NCBI GenBank assembly: GCA_032718475.1 | Contig: JAUCBJ010006420.1 | Location: 1-64,000 of the forward strand | DNA length: 64,000 bases | Direction of reading: 5' to 3' | Source: Nemertoderma westbladi | Taxonomy: Eukaryota > Animalia > Xenacoelomorpha | In this document: in pieces, positions 12,001 to 23,131 of the stretch | Numbering within the stretch: the stretch's first letter is position 1 | How the letters are laid out: each line of letters starts with the position of its first letter | Made by a program: the position numbers and the translations under genes | Notes under the pieces: generated by a model | Seen by the model: the letters and a program-made list of their open reading frames with translations, nothing else | What the model was told of the DNA's origin: nothing | The model's database searches: none

Positions 12001-15000
12001 ATGCCTGTTCACCACCATGGGTGTTCTTCCACAGTAAACCCTTCCACTCTGTTTCCTAAAGGAATGCCTGTTCACCACCATGGGTGATCTTCCACATTAA
12101 AACCTTCCACTCTGTTTGCTAAAGAAATGCCTGTTCACCACCATGGCTAATCTTCCACAGTAAACCCTTCCACTCTGTTTCGTAAAGGAATGCCTGTTCA
12201 CCACCATGGGTGATCTTCCACAGTAAACCCTTCCACTCTGTTTCCTAAAGTAATGCCTGTTCACCATCATGGATGATCTTCCACAGTAAACCCTCCACTC
12301 TGATTCCTAAAGGAATGCCTGTTCACCACAATGGGTGATCTTCCACATTAAACCCTTCCACTCTGTTTCCTAAAGGAATGCCTGTTTACCATCATGGATG
12401 ATCTTCCACAGTAAACCCTTCCACTCTGTTTCCTAAAGGAATGCCTGTTCACCACCATGGGTGATCTTCCACAGTAAACCCTTCCCCTCTGTTTCCTAAA
12501 GGAATGCCTGTTCACCACCATGGGTGATCTTCCACATTAAACCCTTCCACTATGTTTCCTAAAGAAATGCCTGTTCTCACCACCATGGGTGATCTTCCAC
12601 AGTAAACCCTTCCACTCCGTTTCGCAAAGGAATGCCTGTTCTCACACCATGGGTGATCTTCCACAGTAAACCCTTCCACTCTGTTTCCTAAAGGAATGCC
12701 TGTTCACCACCATGGGTGATCTTCCACATTAAACCCTTCCACTCTGTTTCCTAAAGGAATGCCTGTTCACCACCATGGGTGATCTTCCAGAGTAAACCCT
12801 TCCACTCCGTTTCCTAAAGGAATGCCTGTTCACAACCATGGGTGATCTTCCACATTAAACCCTTCCACTATGTTTCCTAAAGGAATGCCTGTTATCACCA
12901 CCATGGGTGATCTTCCACAGTAAACCCTTCCACTCTGTTTCATAAAGGAATGCCTGTTCACCACCATGGGGGATCTTCCATATTAAACCCTTCCACTCTG
13001 TTTTCTAAAGAAATGCCTGTTCTCACCACCATGGGTGATCTTCCACAGTAAACCCTTCCACTCCGTTTCGCAAAGGAATGCCTGTTCTCACACCATGGGT
13101 GATCTTCCACAGTAAACCCTTCCACTCTGTTTCCTAAAGGAATGCCTGTTCACCACCATGGGTGATCTTCCACATTAAATCCATCCACTCTGTTTCCTAA
13201 AGGAATGCCTGTTCACCACCATGGGTGATCTTCCACAGTAAACCCTTCCACTCTGTTTCCTAAAGGAATGCCTGTTCACCACCATGGGTGATCTTCCACA
13301 GTAAACCCTTCCACTATGTTTCGCAAAGGAATGCCTGTTCTCACACTATGGGTGATCTTCCACAGTAAATCCTTCCACTCTGTTTCGCAAAGGAATGCCT
13401 GTTCACCACCATGGGTGATCTTCCACATTAAACCCTTCCACCCTGTTTCCTAAGGGAATGCCTGTTCACCACCAAGGGTGATCTTCTAGAGTAAACCCTT
13501 CCACTCGGTTTCGCAAAGGAATGCCTGTTCACCACCATGGATAATCTTCCACAGTAAACCCTTCTACTATGTTTCCTAAAGGAATGCCTGTTCACCACCA
13601 TGGGTGATCTTCCACAGTAAACCCTTCCACTCTGTCTCCTAAAGGAATGCCTGTTCACCACCATGGTTGATCTTCCATAGTAAACCCTTCCAATCTGTTT
13701 CCTAAAGGAATGCATGTTCACCACCAAGGGTGATCTTCCACAGTAAACCCTTCCACTCTGTTTCCTAAAGGAATGCCTGTTCTCACCACCATGGGTGATC
13801 TTCCACAGTAAACCCTTCCACTCTGTTTCCTAAAGGAATGCCTGTTCAACTCCATGGGTGATCTTCCACAGTAAACCCTTCCCCTCTGCTTCCTAAAGGA
13901 ATGCCTGTTCACCACCATGGGTGATCTTCCACAGTAAACCCTTCCACTCTGTTTCCTAAAGGAATGCCTGTTCACCACCATGGGTGATCTTCCACAGTAA
14001 ACCCTTCCACTCTGTTTCCTAAAGGAATGCCTGTTTAACAACATGGGTGATCTTCCACAGTAAACCATTCCACTATGTTTCCTAAAGGAATGCCGGTTCA
14101 CCACCATGGGTGATCTTCCACAGTAAACCCTTCCACTCTGTTTCCTAAAGGAATGCCTGTTCACCACCATGGGTGATCTTCCACAGTAAACCCTTCCACT
14201 ATGTTTCGCAAAGGAATGCCTGTTCTCACACTATGGGTGATCTTCCACAGTAAATCCTTCCACTCTGTTTCGCAAAGGAATGCCTGTTCACCACCATGGG
14301 TGATCTTCCACATTAAACCCTTCCACCCTGTTTCCTAAGGGAATGCCTGTTCACCACCAAGGGTGATCTTCTAGAGTAAACCCTTCCACTCGGTTTCGCA
14401 AAGGAATGCCTGTTCACCACCATGGATAATCTTCCACAGTAAACCCTTCTACTATGTTTCCTAAAGGAATGCCTGTTCACCACCATGGGTGATCTTCCAC
14501 AGTATACCCTTCCACTCTGTTTCGTAAAGGAATGCCTGTTCACCACCATGGGTGTTCTTCCACAGTAAACCCTTCCACTCTGTTTCCTAAAGGAATGCCT
14601 GTTCACCACCATGGGTGATCTTCCACATTAAAACCTTCCACTCTGTTTGCTAAAGAAATGCCTGTTCACCACCATGGCTAATCTTCCACAGTAAACCCTT
14701 CCACTCTGTTTCGTAAAGGAATGCCTGTTCACCACCATGGGTGATCTTCCACAGTAAACCCTTCCACTCTGTTTCCTAAAGTAATGCCTGTTCACCATCA
14801 TGGATGATCTTCCACAGTAAACCCTCCACTCTGATTCCTAAAGGAATGCCTGTTCACCACAATGGGTGATCTTCCACATTAAACCCTTCCACTCTGTTTC
14901 CTAAAGGAATGCCTGTTTACCATCATGGATGATCTTCCACAGTAAACCCTTCCACTCTGTTTCCTAAAGGAATGCCTGTTCACCACCATGGGTGATCTTC

Positions 15001-16453
15001 CACAGTAAACCCTTCCCCTCTGTTTCCTAAAGGAATGCCTGTTCACCACCATGGGTGATCTTCCACATTAAACCCTTCCACTATGTTTCCTAAAGAAATG
15101 CCTGTTCTCACCACCATGGGTGATCTTCCACAGTAAACCCTTCCACTCCGTTTCGCAAAGGAATGCCTGTTCTCACACCATGGGTGATCTTCCACAGTAA
15201 ACCCTTCCACTCTGTTTCCTAAAGGAATGCCTGTTCACCACCATGGGTGATCTTCCACATTAAACCCTTCCACTCTGTTTCCTAAAGGAATGCCTGTTCA
15301 CCACCATGGGTGATCTTCCAGAGTAAACCCTTCCACTCCGTTTCCTAAAGGAATGCCTGTTCACAACCATGGGTGATCTTCCACATTAAACCCTTCCACT
15401 CTGTTTCCTAAAGGAATGCCTGTTAACACCACCATGGGTGATCTTCCACAGTAAACCCTTCCACTCTGTTTCATAAAGGAATGCCTGTTCACCACCATGG
15501 GGGATCTTCCATAATAAACCCTTCCACTCTGTTTTCTAAAGAAATGCCTGTTCTCACCACCATGGGTGATCTTCCACAGTAAACCCTTCCACTCCGTTTC
15601 GCAAAGGAATGCCTGTTCTCACACCATGGGTGATCTTCCACAGTAAACCCTTCCACTCTGTTTCCTAAAGGAATGCCTGTTCACCACCATGGGTGATCTT
15701 CCACATTAAATCCATCCACTCTGTTTCCTAAAGGAATGCCTGTTCACCACCATGGGTGATCTTCCACAGTAAACCCTTCCACTCTGTTTCCTAAAGGAAT
15801 TCCTGTTCACCACCATGGGTGATCTTCCACAGTAAACCCTTCCACTATGTTTCGCAAAGGAATGCCTGTTCTCACACTATGGGTGATCTTCCACAGTAAA
15901 TCCTTCCACTCTGTTTCGCAAAGGAATGCCTGTTCACCACCATGGGTGATCTTCCACATTAAACCCTTCCACCCTGTTTCCTAAGGGAATGCCTGTTCAC
16001 CACCAAGGGTGATCTTCTAGAGTAAACCCTTCCACTCGGTTTCGCAAAGGAATGCCTGTTCACCACCATGGATAATCTTCCACAGTAAACCCTTCTACTA
16101 TGTTTCCTAAAGGAATGCCTGTTCACCACCATGGGTGATCTTCCACAGTAAACCCTTCCACTCTGTCTCCTAAAGGAATGCCTGTTCACCACCATGGTTG
16201 ATCTTCCATAGTAAACCCTTCCAATCTGTTTCCTAAAGGAATGCATGTTCACCACCAAGGGTGATCTTCCACAGTAAACCCTTCCACTCTGTTTCCTAAA
16301 GGAATGCCTGTTCTCACCACCATGGGTGATCTTCCACAGTAAACCCTTCCACTCTGTTTCCTAAAGGAATGCCTGTTCAACTCCATGGGTGATCTTCCAC
16401 AGTAAACCCTTCCCCTCTGTTTCCTAAAGGAATGCCTGTTCACCACCATGGGT
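9006..16453. repeat. 63-bp satellite, left block (about 118 units)
   Basis: Unit cttccactctgtttcctaaaggaatgcctgttcaccaccatgggtgatcttccacagtaaacc; source of the MVVNRHSFRKQSGRVYCGRSP ORFs. Confidence 0.98.
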
Positions 16454-16982
16454 TGTGACGGGATCTACGGATCCCGGTTTATCCGTTGGGTTTTCTATCC
16501 ACGCGTCCCCGCCGTGTGTGAAAGGTAAAAGAGTTCTGATGTTGGGTAATATGTATAAAGGTATAATAGTCTGACAGTTGATATAGTATAGTATGACACA
16601 ACAGGTAATATATAATGGCGGTAGCGGACGGTGACAGAAGTCCCCGTTCCACCCTACTGATCTGACTGAGTAAACTGAATGAATGATTACAGGTTACTGG
16701 TTATATTGCACGGTGGCCTTATTGCTACTCAATCGATGCCTTCCCCCCCTCTGATTGGTTGATACCCCTGTTGGCACCCTTTGGAGTGTTTCCCTTCACT
16801 CCCTGTGTTCTCTCTCGGTTAGGGGTTTGGCCCCTGACCCCTATTGTGTGTGTCTCCTTTGGGGCCTATTGTCCCCGTTTACTGGGCTGACACGAGGTTG
16901 ATTGGTAATCAACCTCGTGCTCCCAATATTGCTTTATGGCTCACTCTATGGGTTTGTGTTAGCGGAATTGGATAAGCTAACA
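16454..16982 (-). repeat. 3' LTR
   Basis: tgtgacggg...ataagctaaca; preceded on the element strand by the PPT GGGGGGGAG (16983-16991). Confidence 0.95.
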
Positions 16983-18380
16983 CTCCCCCCCATGCTATCT
17001 TCCCGGTGAGAAGATAGCATCCAACTAAAGTGCGCTACAATTCCGCTGGATCCCGATCTATTATCGGGTGTGGGGTGGGTCTATTTTTTCGGAGTCGGCT
17101 TTCCAGGCCGCTCCCTATGGGTATGATGTCACTACCCTCTGGCGTCTCGTGTCGGGCCGATCGTGCGCTTCTCTCACACAATTTTTGTTTCCCCAACACT
17201 CTCACCACTCTAACTCCGCTCTCTTACTCAACTCGCTCTTACTCTCTCCCCACACCTGAATCGCACTCTAACTCTCTCGCCAACGGCTCCTTTCACTGCC
17301 ACTCTCTAAGGCCCTGACCTCTAATGCTACCCCTGTGCTATCATACTATCTACCTACTGCTTACTAACTCTAACTATCTGACTCTACTAACTACTAACTC
17401 TTACTACTTCTGGCTCTAACTGAGAGCCTCTAACTTTCTACTGACTCTAACTCTCTACTAAGTCTAACTAACTCCCACTAACTCTCTACTTCTACTAACT
17501 CTCTTGACTCCTCTAAGTCTACCAACTCCGCTCTAGCTCTACTAACTCTACTCCACCCTTCTAACTATGTGGCGCTTGCGGTGCCCACAACCACTTACTA
17601 TCTGGCACCCTATGTGCCCTTCTACTACTCAGCTACCTCTCTAGCTCTACTACCTGGCACCCTATGTGCCTTCTCTACTCTATTCTACTACCTGGCACCC
17701 TATGTGCCCTCTCTACTCCTCTACATCCCCTTTACGTCTCATCGCCTACACGTGACGCTCTGAGTGCCGGCAGAGTGGGTACGTTAATTATGTGAACTAC
17801 TACTGACTCTACTAACTCTACTAACTCTCTTCTAACTCTACTAACTCTTTTTGTGCCCGGCACCTCTTGTGCCCGGCACCTTCTAACTCTACTAACTCTT
17901 TTTGTGCCCGGCACCTCTTGTGCCCGGCACCTTCTAACTCTACTAACTCTCTACTAACTCAACTAACTCTACTACTAACTCTTTTTGTGCCCGGCACCTC
18001 TTGTGCCCGGCACCCACCCTAATTAACATACCCTGCTCTTACATCAAACACATCATCACGCCCGTGCCCCACTAAGTTCAGCGCATTCCCTACTAACTCT
18101 AACTACGTGGCGCTTACGGTGCCCACAACCCTCTACTGCTACTACTAACACCCCTAACTAGCGGTACTACGTACCCTCTTACTACTCCTAACTCTCTCTA
18201 CTAGCTAGCGGTACAACGTACCCTCTTACTACTCTAGCTCTCTCTACTAGCTAGCGGTACTACGTACCCTCTTACTCTTACTACTCTCTAGCCGGTACTT
18301 ACGTACCCTCTAACTCTTACTCTCTAACCGGTACTTACGTACCCTCTAACTCTAACTAACTAGCGGTACTTACGTACCCT

Positions 18381-18608
18381 CTAACTCTTCTACTAACGGT
18401 ACTACACGTACCCTCCTACTAACTCTTCTACTAACGGTACTACACGTACCCTCCTACTAACTCTTCTACTAACGGTACTACACGTACCCTCCTACTAACT
18501 CTTCTACTAACGGTACTACACGTACCCTCCTACTAACTCTTCTACTAACGGTACTACACGTACCCTCCTACTAACTCTTCTACTAACGGTACTACACGTA
18601 CCACCCTT

Positions 18609-18670
<62 letters not shown>
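18381..18670. repeat. 38-bp tandem repeat (about 6 copies) followed by a (CTAA)n microsatellite, inside the LTR element
   Basis: ctaactcttctactaacggtactacacgtaccctccta at 18381-18602; about 15 ctaa units at about 18609-18669. Confidence 0.9.
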
Positions 18671-18708
18671 CCTAACTTCTACCTACTCTATTATTTAATT
18701 ATTTTTAA

Positions 18709-21700
18709 TTAAATAATTATTTTATATTTTGTGCGTGGGAAGGGCGTCTCGCCCTCATTCCCACCCCCCTCAGTCCAAAACTTTGGACGACTAAAAACTC
18801 TCACGTGCCCCTTCTTCCGGTAGGCACTCTCCTGCTGCCCTCCTATACGTCCTCTGACTCTTCGCCACACTCTCTTCGGTGCTACCTTTGCTGGCCTCCC
18901 CCTTCGTATGTGCGCTGGCATTAAGGCCCTCGACGACCCCCGCTCGTCCCTCGGTATACGCGGTGTCTGCCCGTCCCATGCCCCCTCGCACTGTGTCAGC
19001 CGTGCGTGTGTATGCAACACGCCTCCTTCTACTTTCCCGACTCCCTTATGTTTGCTAATGGGTTTCTCTGCCCCTGGTTTAGTCCTTTCATATCCTCTCT
19101 CTTTCCAACACTCTCCGGATCTGTGTCCTTTTACCACACATCGATGACATAGTCCGTTTGCGTCTGTGTAGGCTACACGATCTCGTTTGGGCAACGCTTG
19201 CCAGTACTTGCAACTCCTGGTCTTGTGGGTTCCGTCCCGATGTAATTGACATTGGAATCCTGGATTATAGCGTTTCCTGTATAGTCCTTCACGTATCGCG
19301 CTTAGGTTTATATGTACCGATTTAATGTTTTGGTTGTCTAGACTCGGCCTACTGGGTATATTGGGATTGTTCTTATTTACGGTGTTATTTTCTTTCTGTC
19401 CCTGCCACGGTGTGGCCCTGCTACCAGCTAACTGTGGACTGGTAGTCCCCTGTATGGCCGCGTGTGGTGGTGACTGTCCGCACGACCTGCTCTCGTCCAG
19501 GGAGTTCGATATTCTTGCTCCTATCGGGGTATATTGTCGATATTGTGATGGGGGAATGTCACCCTGTCCCCCCCCCAGCCGGTATGTTTGGTACTGGGGT
19601 TGATGTTAATACATTGGGGCCCATACGTCTATCTCCAATAACTCCCCCCTCCCCTGGATATATGTTATGTCCCTGTGTATTATAGTCATGCTGCTGTACC
19701 GATATAGGCCTACCTACCTCTCGCCTACCTACCGGTATGTACTCTGCGACTTCCGGGTTTAATCCCGTCGTTCGCGCTACCCCATCGCCTACTCTATCTC
19801 TCCCAGCATGGCCTATAATGGTATGTGCAGTAAGGCCTACAGTATGTCCTGCAGTCTGCATGTGCCCTTCCGAACCGAAGTTTATTCTTCGCGAATCTCT
19901 AATCTCCCCGCGACTACTGCACTCTCGATCGGCAGCTATATCCCGTCGGGAAGCTTCTCTCCGATCCCCTCTCCTGTTCTCGACTCTGTATTGGTACGTC
20001 TTGTACCCCTCTCTTGGCGTGCGGTGCGTTTCTCCGGGGCGACGGCAATCTCCCGAAGTTCGACCCCACTGACTCCCTAACTCCATCTCTACTGTCGACG
20101 GTCCGTTATCCGTCCTCGCACTGCTATCGTTCGTGGCGACACTTCTTCTACTATCTTCTCTTCTTCTCTTTTCTGTGTAGTATTCCGGCTCATGAGATCT
20201 CTCGTCGACCTCCCGGTTAAACTCTACTCTTCTTCTTCCCTCTTCTGATCGGGCTCGACGCTTCGTCTGCCCTCTCGCGACGTCAACCTGCCTCTCTCTA
20301 CTCGATCGCACGCCGCTGGGGATACTCGCAATCCCCCTATTACTCTCCGTCGCCGGGTGTTGCGGTTTACCTGATTCGGCCCGCGCATTATCCGCTGACG
20401 GCTGTGGGACACTCTCTGCCCCCCCTCTCTCTCTACTAACTTCTCGCGGTGGGGTGTCCGTAACCCCCCCCCACCCGCCACTTCTAACTTCACTACCTCT
20501 TACTACACTTCTACACCCCTCTTGTGGGGCATTCTCTGCCCCCCCTCTCTCGCCACTAATCTTATGTGGTGGGGCGCCCGTAGCCCCCCCCCCCCACTCG
20601 CCACATCTAACTTCACTATCTCTTACTTCGTCTCTACACCCCTCTCTAGTCGACGCACTGTCTCTACTACGGCTGGGTCTATTCACCCCCGCCTCTCTCT
20701 CTACTACTGCGTGGCCCATCAGGCCCACTTCGGGTTGGCTCAACCCCGCTACCTCCTGCCTACTAACTACGTGGCCTACCAGGCCGCCGTCGGGTTGGCT
20801 CAGCCCTGCCACTTCCTGCCTACTAACTACGTGGCCTACCAGGCCACCGTCTGCCGGGTTATGTACGTCCGACACGCTCATATTAATAGCACCATTCCCA
20901 ATATTATTTGTTAAATCAATTAAATTATTAGAATTTGAAACGGGATTATTATTTAAATTATTTAAATTACTTAGATCACTACTATTCTCTAAACTTAAAT
21001 TATTATTCGAATTATTTTGCGGGTTTGAATTGAAATTATTATTTAGAATATTTGTATTTAAATTTAAATTACTACTACCCGGTAAAATATTATTTCCTGT
21101 AATAAAGGGATTAGGGTTATTTACTACGGTACTATTAATATTAACTGCTTCTAACGTACTACTACTACCCCCCCCCGCCCATACGGCTACACCAGTTCTG
21201 GTTCTCTCGCCCGGTGTCTGTAAGTGGGGGCTCACTCTCTGATATTTCCAACCGCGCCAGTTCTAGTCGGCGCTGCTCTAGTTTGGCTTGATATTGCGCA
21301 AGCCTCCCTAGCCGGGCACGCAAATCATCCCGCTCACGCTTACCCTCTATCTTTCTCTTTCGCATATTCTGCTCGCCCGACTCAACTCTCGCAATTATCT
21401 CAAGCCACGTCGCCGGCTCGTCCCCTACTCTCATCTTCCGCTCTATACACTCCTCGACTCTCTTACACTCCTCGACTCTCTTTCTATACTCTCTTAACTC
21501 CAACTCTCTTAACACCTTTAAGACGGCGGTTTTATCCCTCAGTTGCCGCTCTAAGCTTTTCTGCTTTGCCGCCGCCCTTTCTAAATCATACGCCAGATTT
21601 ATCTCCCGCACCCTTCTTTCTTTTGCGGAGGATGTAGCAGACTTATCGGTTGCGACGGACTCCCGCCCCCCCTCTGTCCTACTAACTCTCCCCCGCCTCC

Positions 21701-22442
21701 CGGAACTTCCTCCGACCGACGAGACCGAATCCTCGGAGTTAACCTCGGATTCGCCCTCCTGCGGTCTCTTCCAACCCACTAATTTTACTCCCCGGGCATC
21801 GACTAAGTATGGCCCTATGTACACTACACTAGGCTGCATACCCCTACATTCCCATAGTTCAACCAGTTCGTTGACAACTCCTCTCGCCCTCTCCTCGGCT
21901 AGTTCTCCCTGCCCAGAACGCACTAGGTGATCAAAGTATCTGTTCGACTCACCTAGTCCTTTCCTCAGTCTCACCTCGTCTACCTTCGCCCCCTCCTTGG
22001 CCTCTCTCAGTTGCTCCCGGGTCGCGAGGTAGGCCCGTCGAAGTCGATCAGAAACCCCGACGTCCTCGTCGCCGACCTCTCCTCTGTCTCTCCGGGTCCG
22101 ACGTCGTACCGACGGCCCCACCGTCGCCGTTCCGGTGGACCGTTCGTCGTCCTCGGCCTGTGGCTGGCCGGTGACATCGGTATGTCGACCCTCGCTCCGC
22201 GTCGACTCGTCTTTCTCTTCTCCTCCCTTCTCGTCTCCTTCCCTCGACTCGCTCTCCGGTTGTAGACGACCCCCCACATCTTGGTTCGCCGGGTTGCTCG
22301 TTGTCGACGTGGCGTCAACCCGCGTCGACGTGGTCGGCGTAGCATCGATCGGCGTCGTGGGTTCGTATCGTCTCGCCGTGGCCTCGCGGATCGTTAGATC
22401 GTCGTCCGGGGTCCGCGGCGGTGTCGTTCCTCTCTCTCTCAT
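18709..22442 (-). CDS. gag: Gag-like polyprotein (about 1243 aa if two +1 shifts at G9 runs are removed)
   Basis: Three consecutive frames (22442-21165, 21235-19559, open 19605-18709); charged coiled-coil segment, Asn-rich linker, then CQLHRDGTHKTRSC..W..L...DR......LCHRCVVKGHRSGEC, the tandem-knuckle pattern of BEL/Pao Gag. Confidence 0.7.
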
Positions 22443-22602
22443 CGTCGTCTTTGGTAGCTGGTCGTCGCTAGCTAGGACGGTAGCTCTATTCTATCTCTGT
22501 CAGGGCAGCTGGGCGGATCTAGTTCTGTCACTGTCAGACTGTTAGGGCAGCTGCTAGGATTCTATCTCTGTCAGGGCAGCTGGGCGGATCTGATTCTGTC
22601 AC

Positions 22603-23131
22603 TGTGACGGGATCTACGGATCCCGGTTTATCCGTTGGGTTTTCTATCCACGCGTCCCCGCCGTGTGTGAAAGGTAAAAGAGTTCTGATGTTGGGTAATA
22701 TGTATAAAGGTATAATAGTCTGACAGTTGATATAGTATAGTATGACACAACAGGTAATATATAATGGCGGTAGCGGACGGTGACAGAAGTCCCCGTTCCA
22801 CCCTACTGATCTGACTGAGTAAACTGAATGAATGATTACAGGTTACTGGTTATATTGCACGGTGGCCTTATTGCTACTCAATCGATGCCTTTCCCCCCTC
22901 TGATTGGTTGATACCCCTGTTGGCACCCTTTGGAGTGTTTCCCTTCACTCCCTGTGTTCTCTCTCGGTTAGGGGTTTGGCCCCTGACCCCTATTGTGTGT
23001 GTCTCCTTTGGGGCCTATTGTCCCCGTTTACTGGGCTGACACAAGGTTGATTGGTAATCAACCTCGTGCTCCCAATATTGCTTTATGGCTCACTCTATGG
23101 GTTTGTGTTAGCGGAATTGGATAAGCTAACA
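22603..23131 (-). repeat. 5' LTR
   Basis: Direct repeat of 16454-16982; element ORFs read away from it on the minus strand. Confidence 0.95.

Larger units (their letters stand above)
16454..23131 (-). mobile_element. Recent non-autonomous (pol-less) LTR retroelement with BEL/Pao-like Gag
   Basis: Two 529-bp TG...CA LTRs with only 2 differences seen by eye; 5-bp TSD tgggt (16449-16453 and 23132-23136); PPT next to the left LTR; no protease, RT, RNase H or integrase motif found. Confidence 0.93.

Noticed and set aside
19325-22545. Plus-strand ORFs inside the LTR element as an env or accessory gene
   Set aside because: They are antisense shadows of the biased Gag frame; no convincing signal peptide plus fusion protein architecture.
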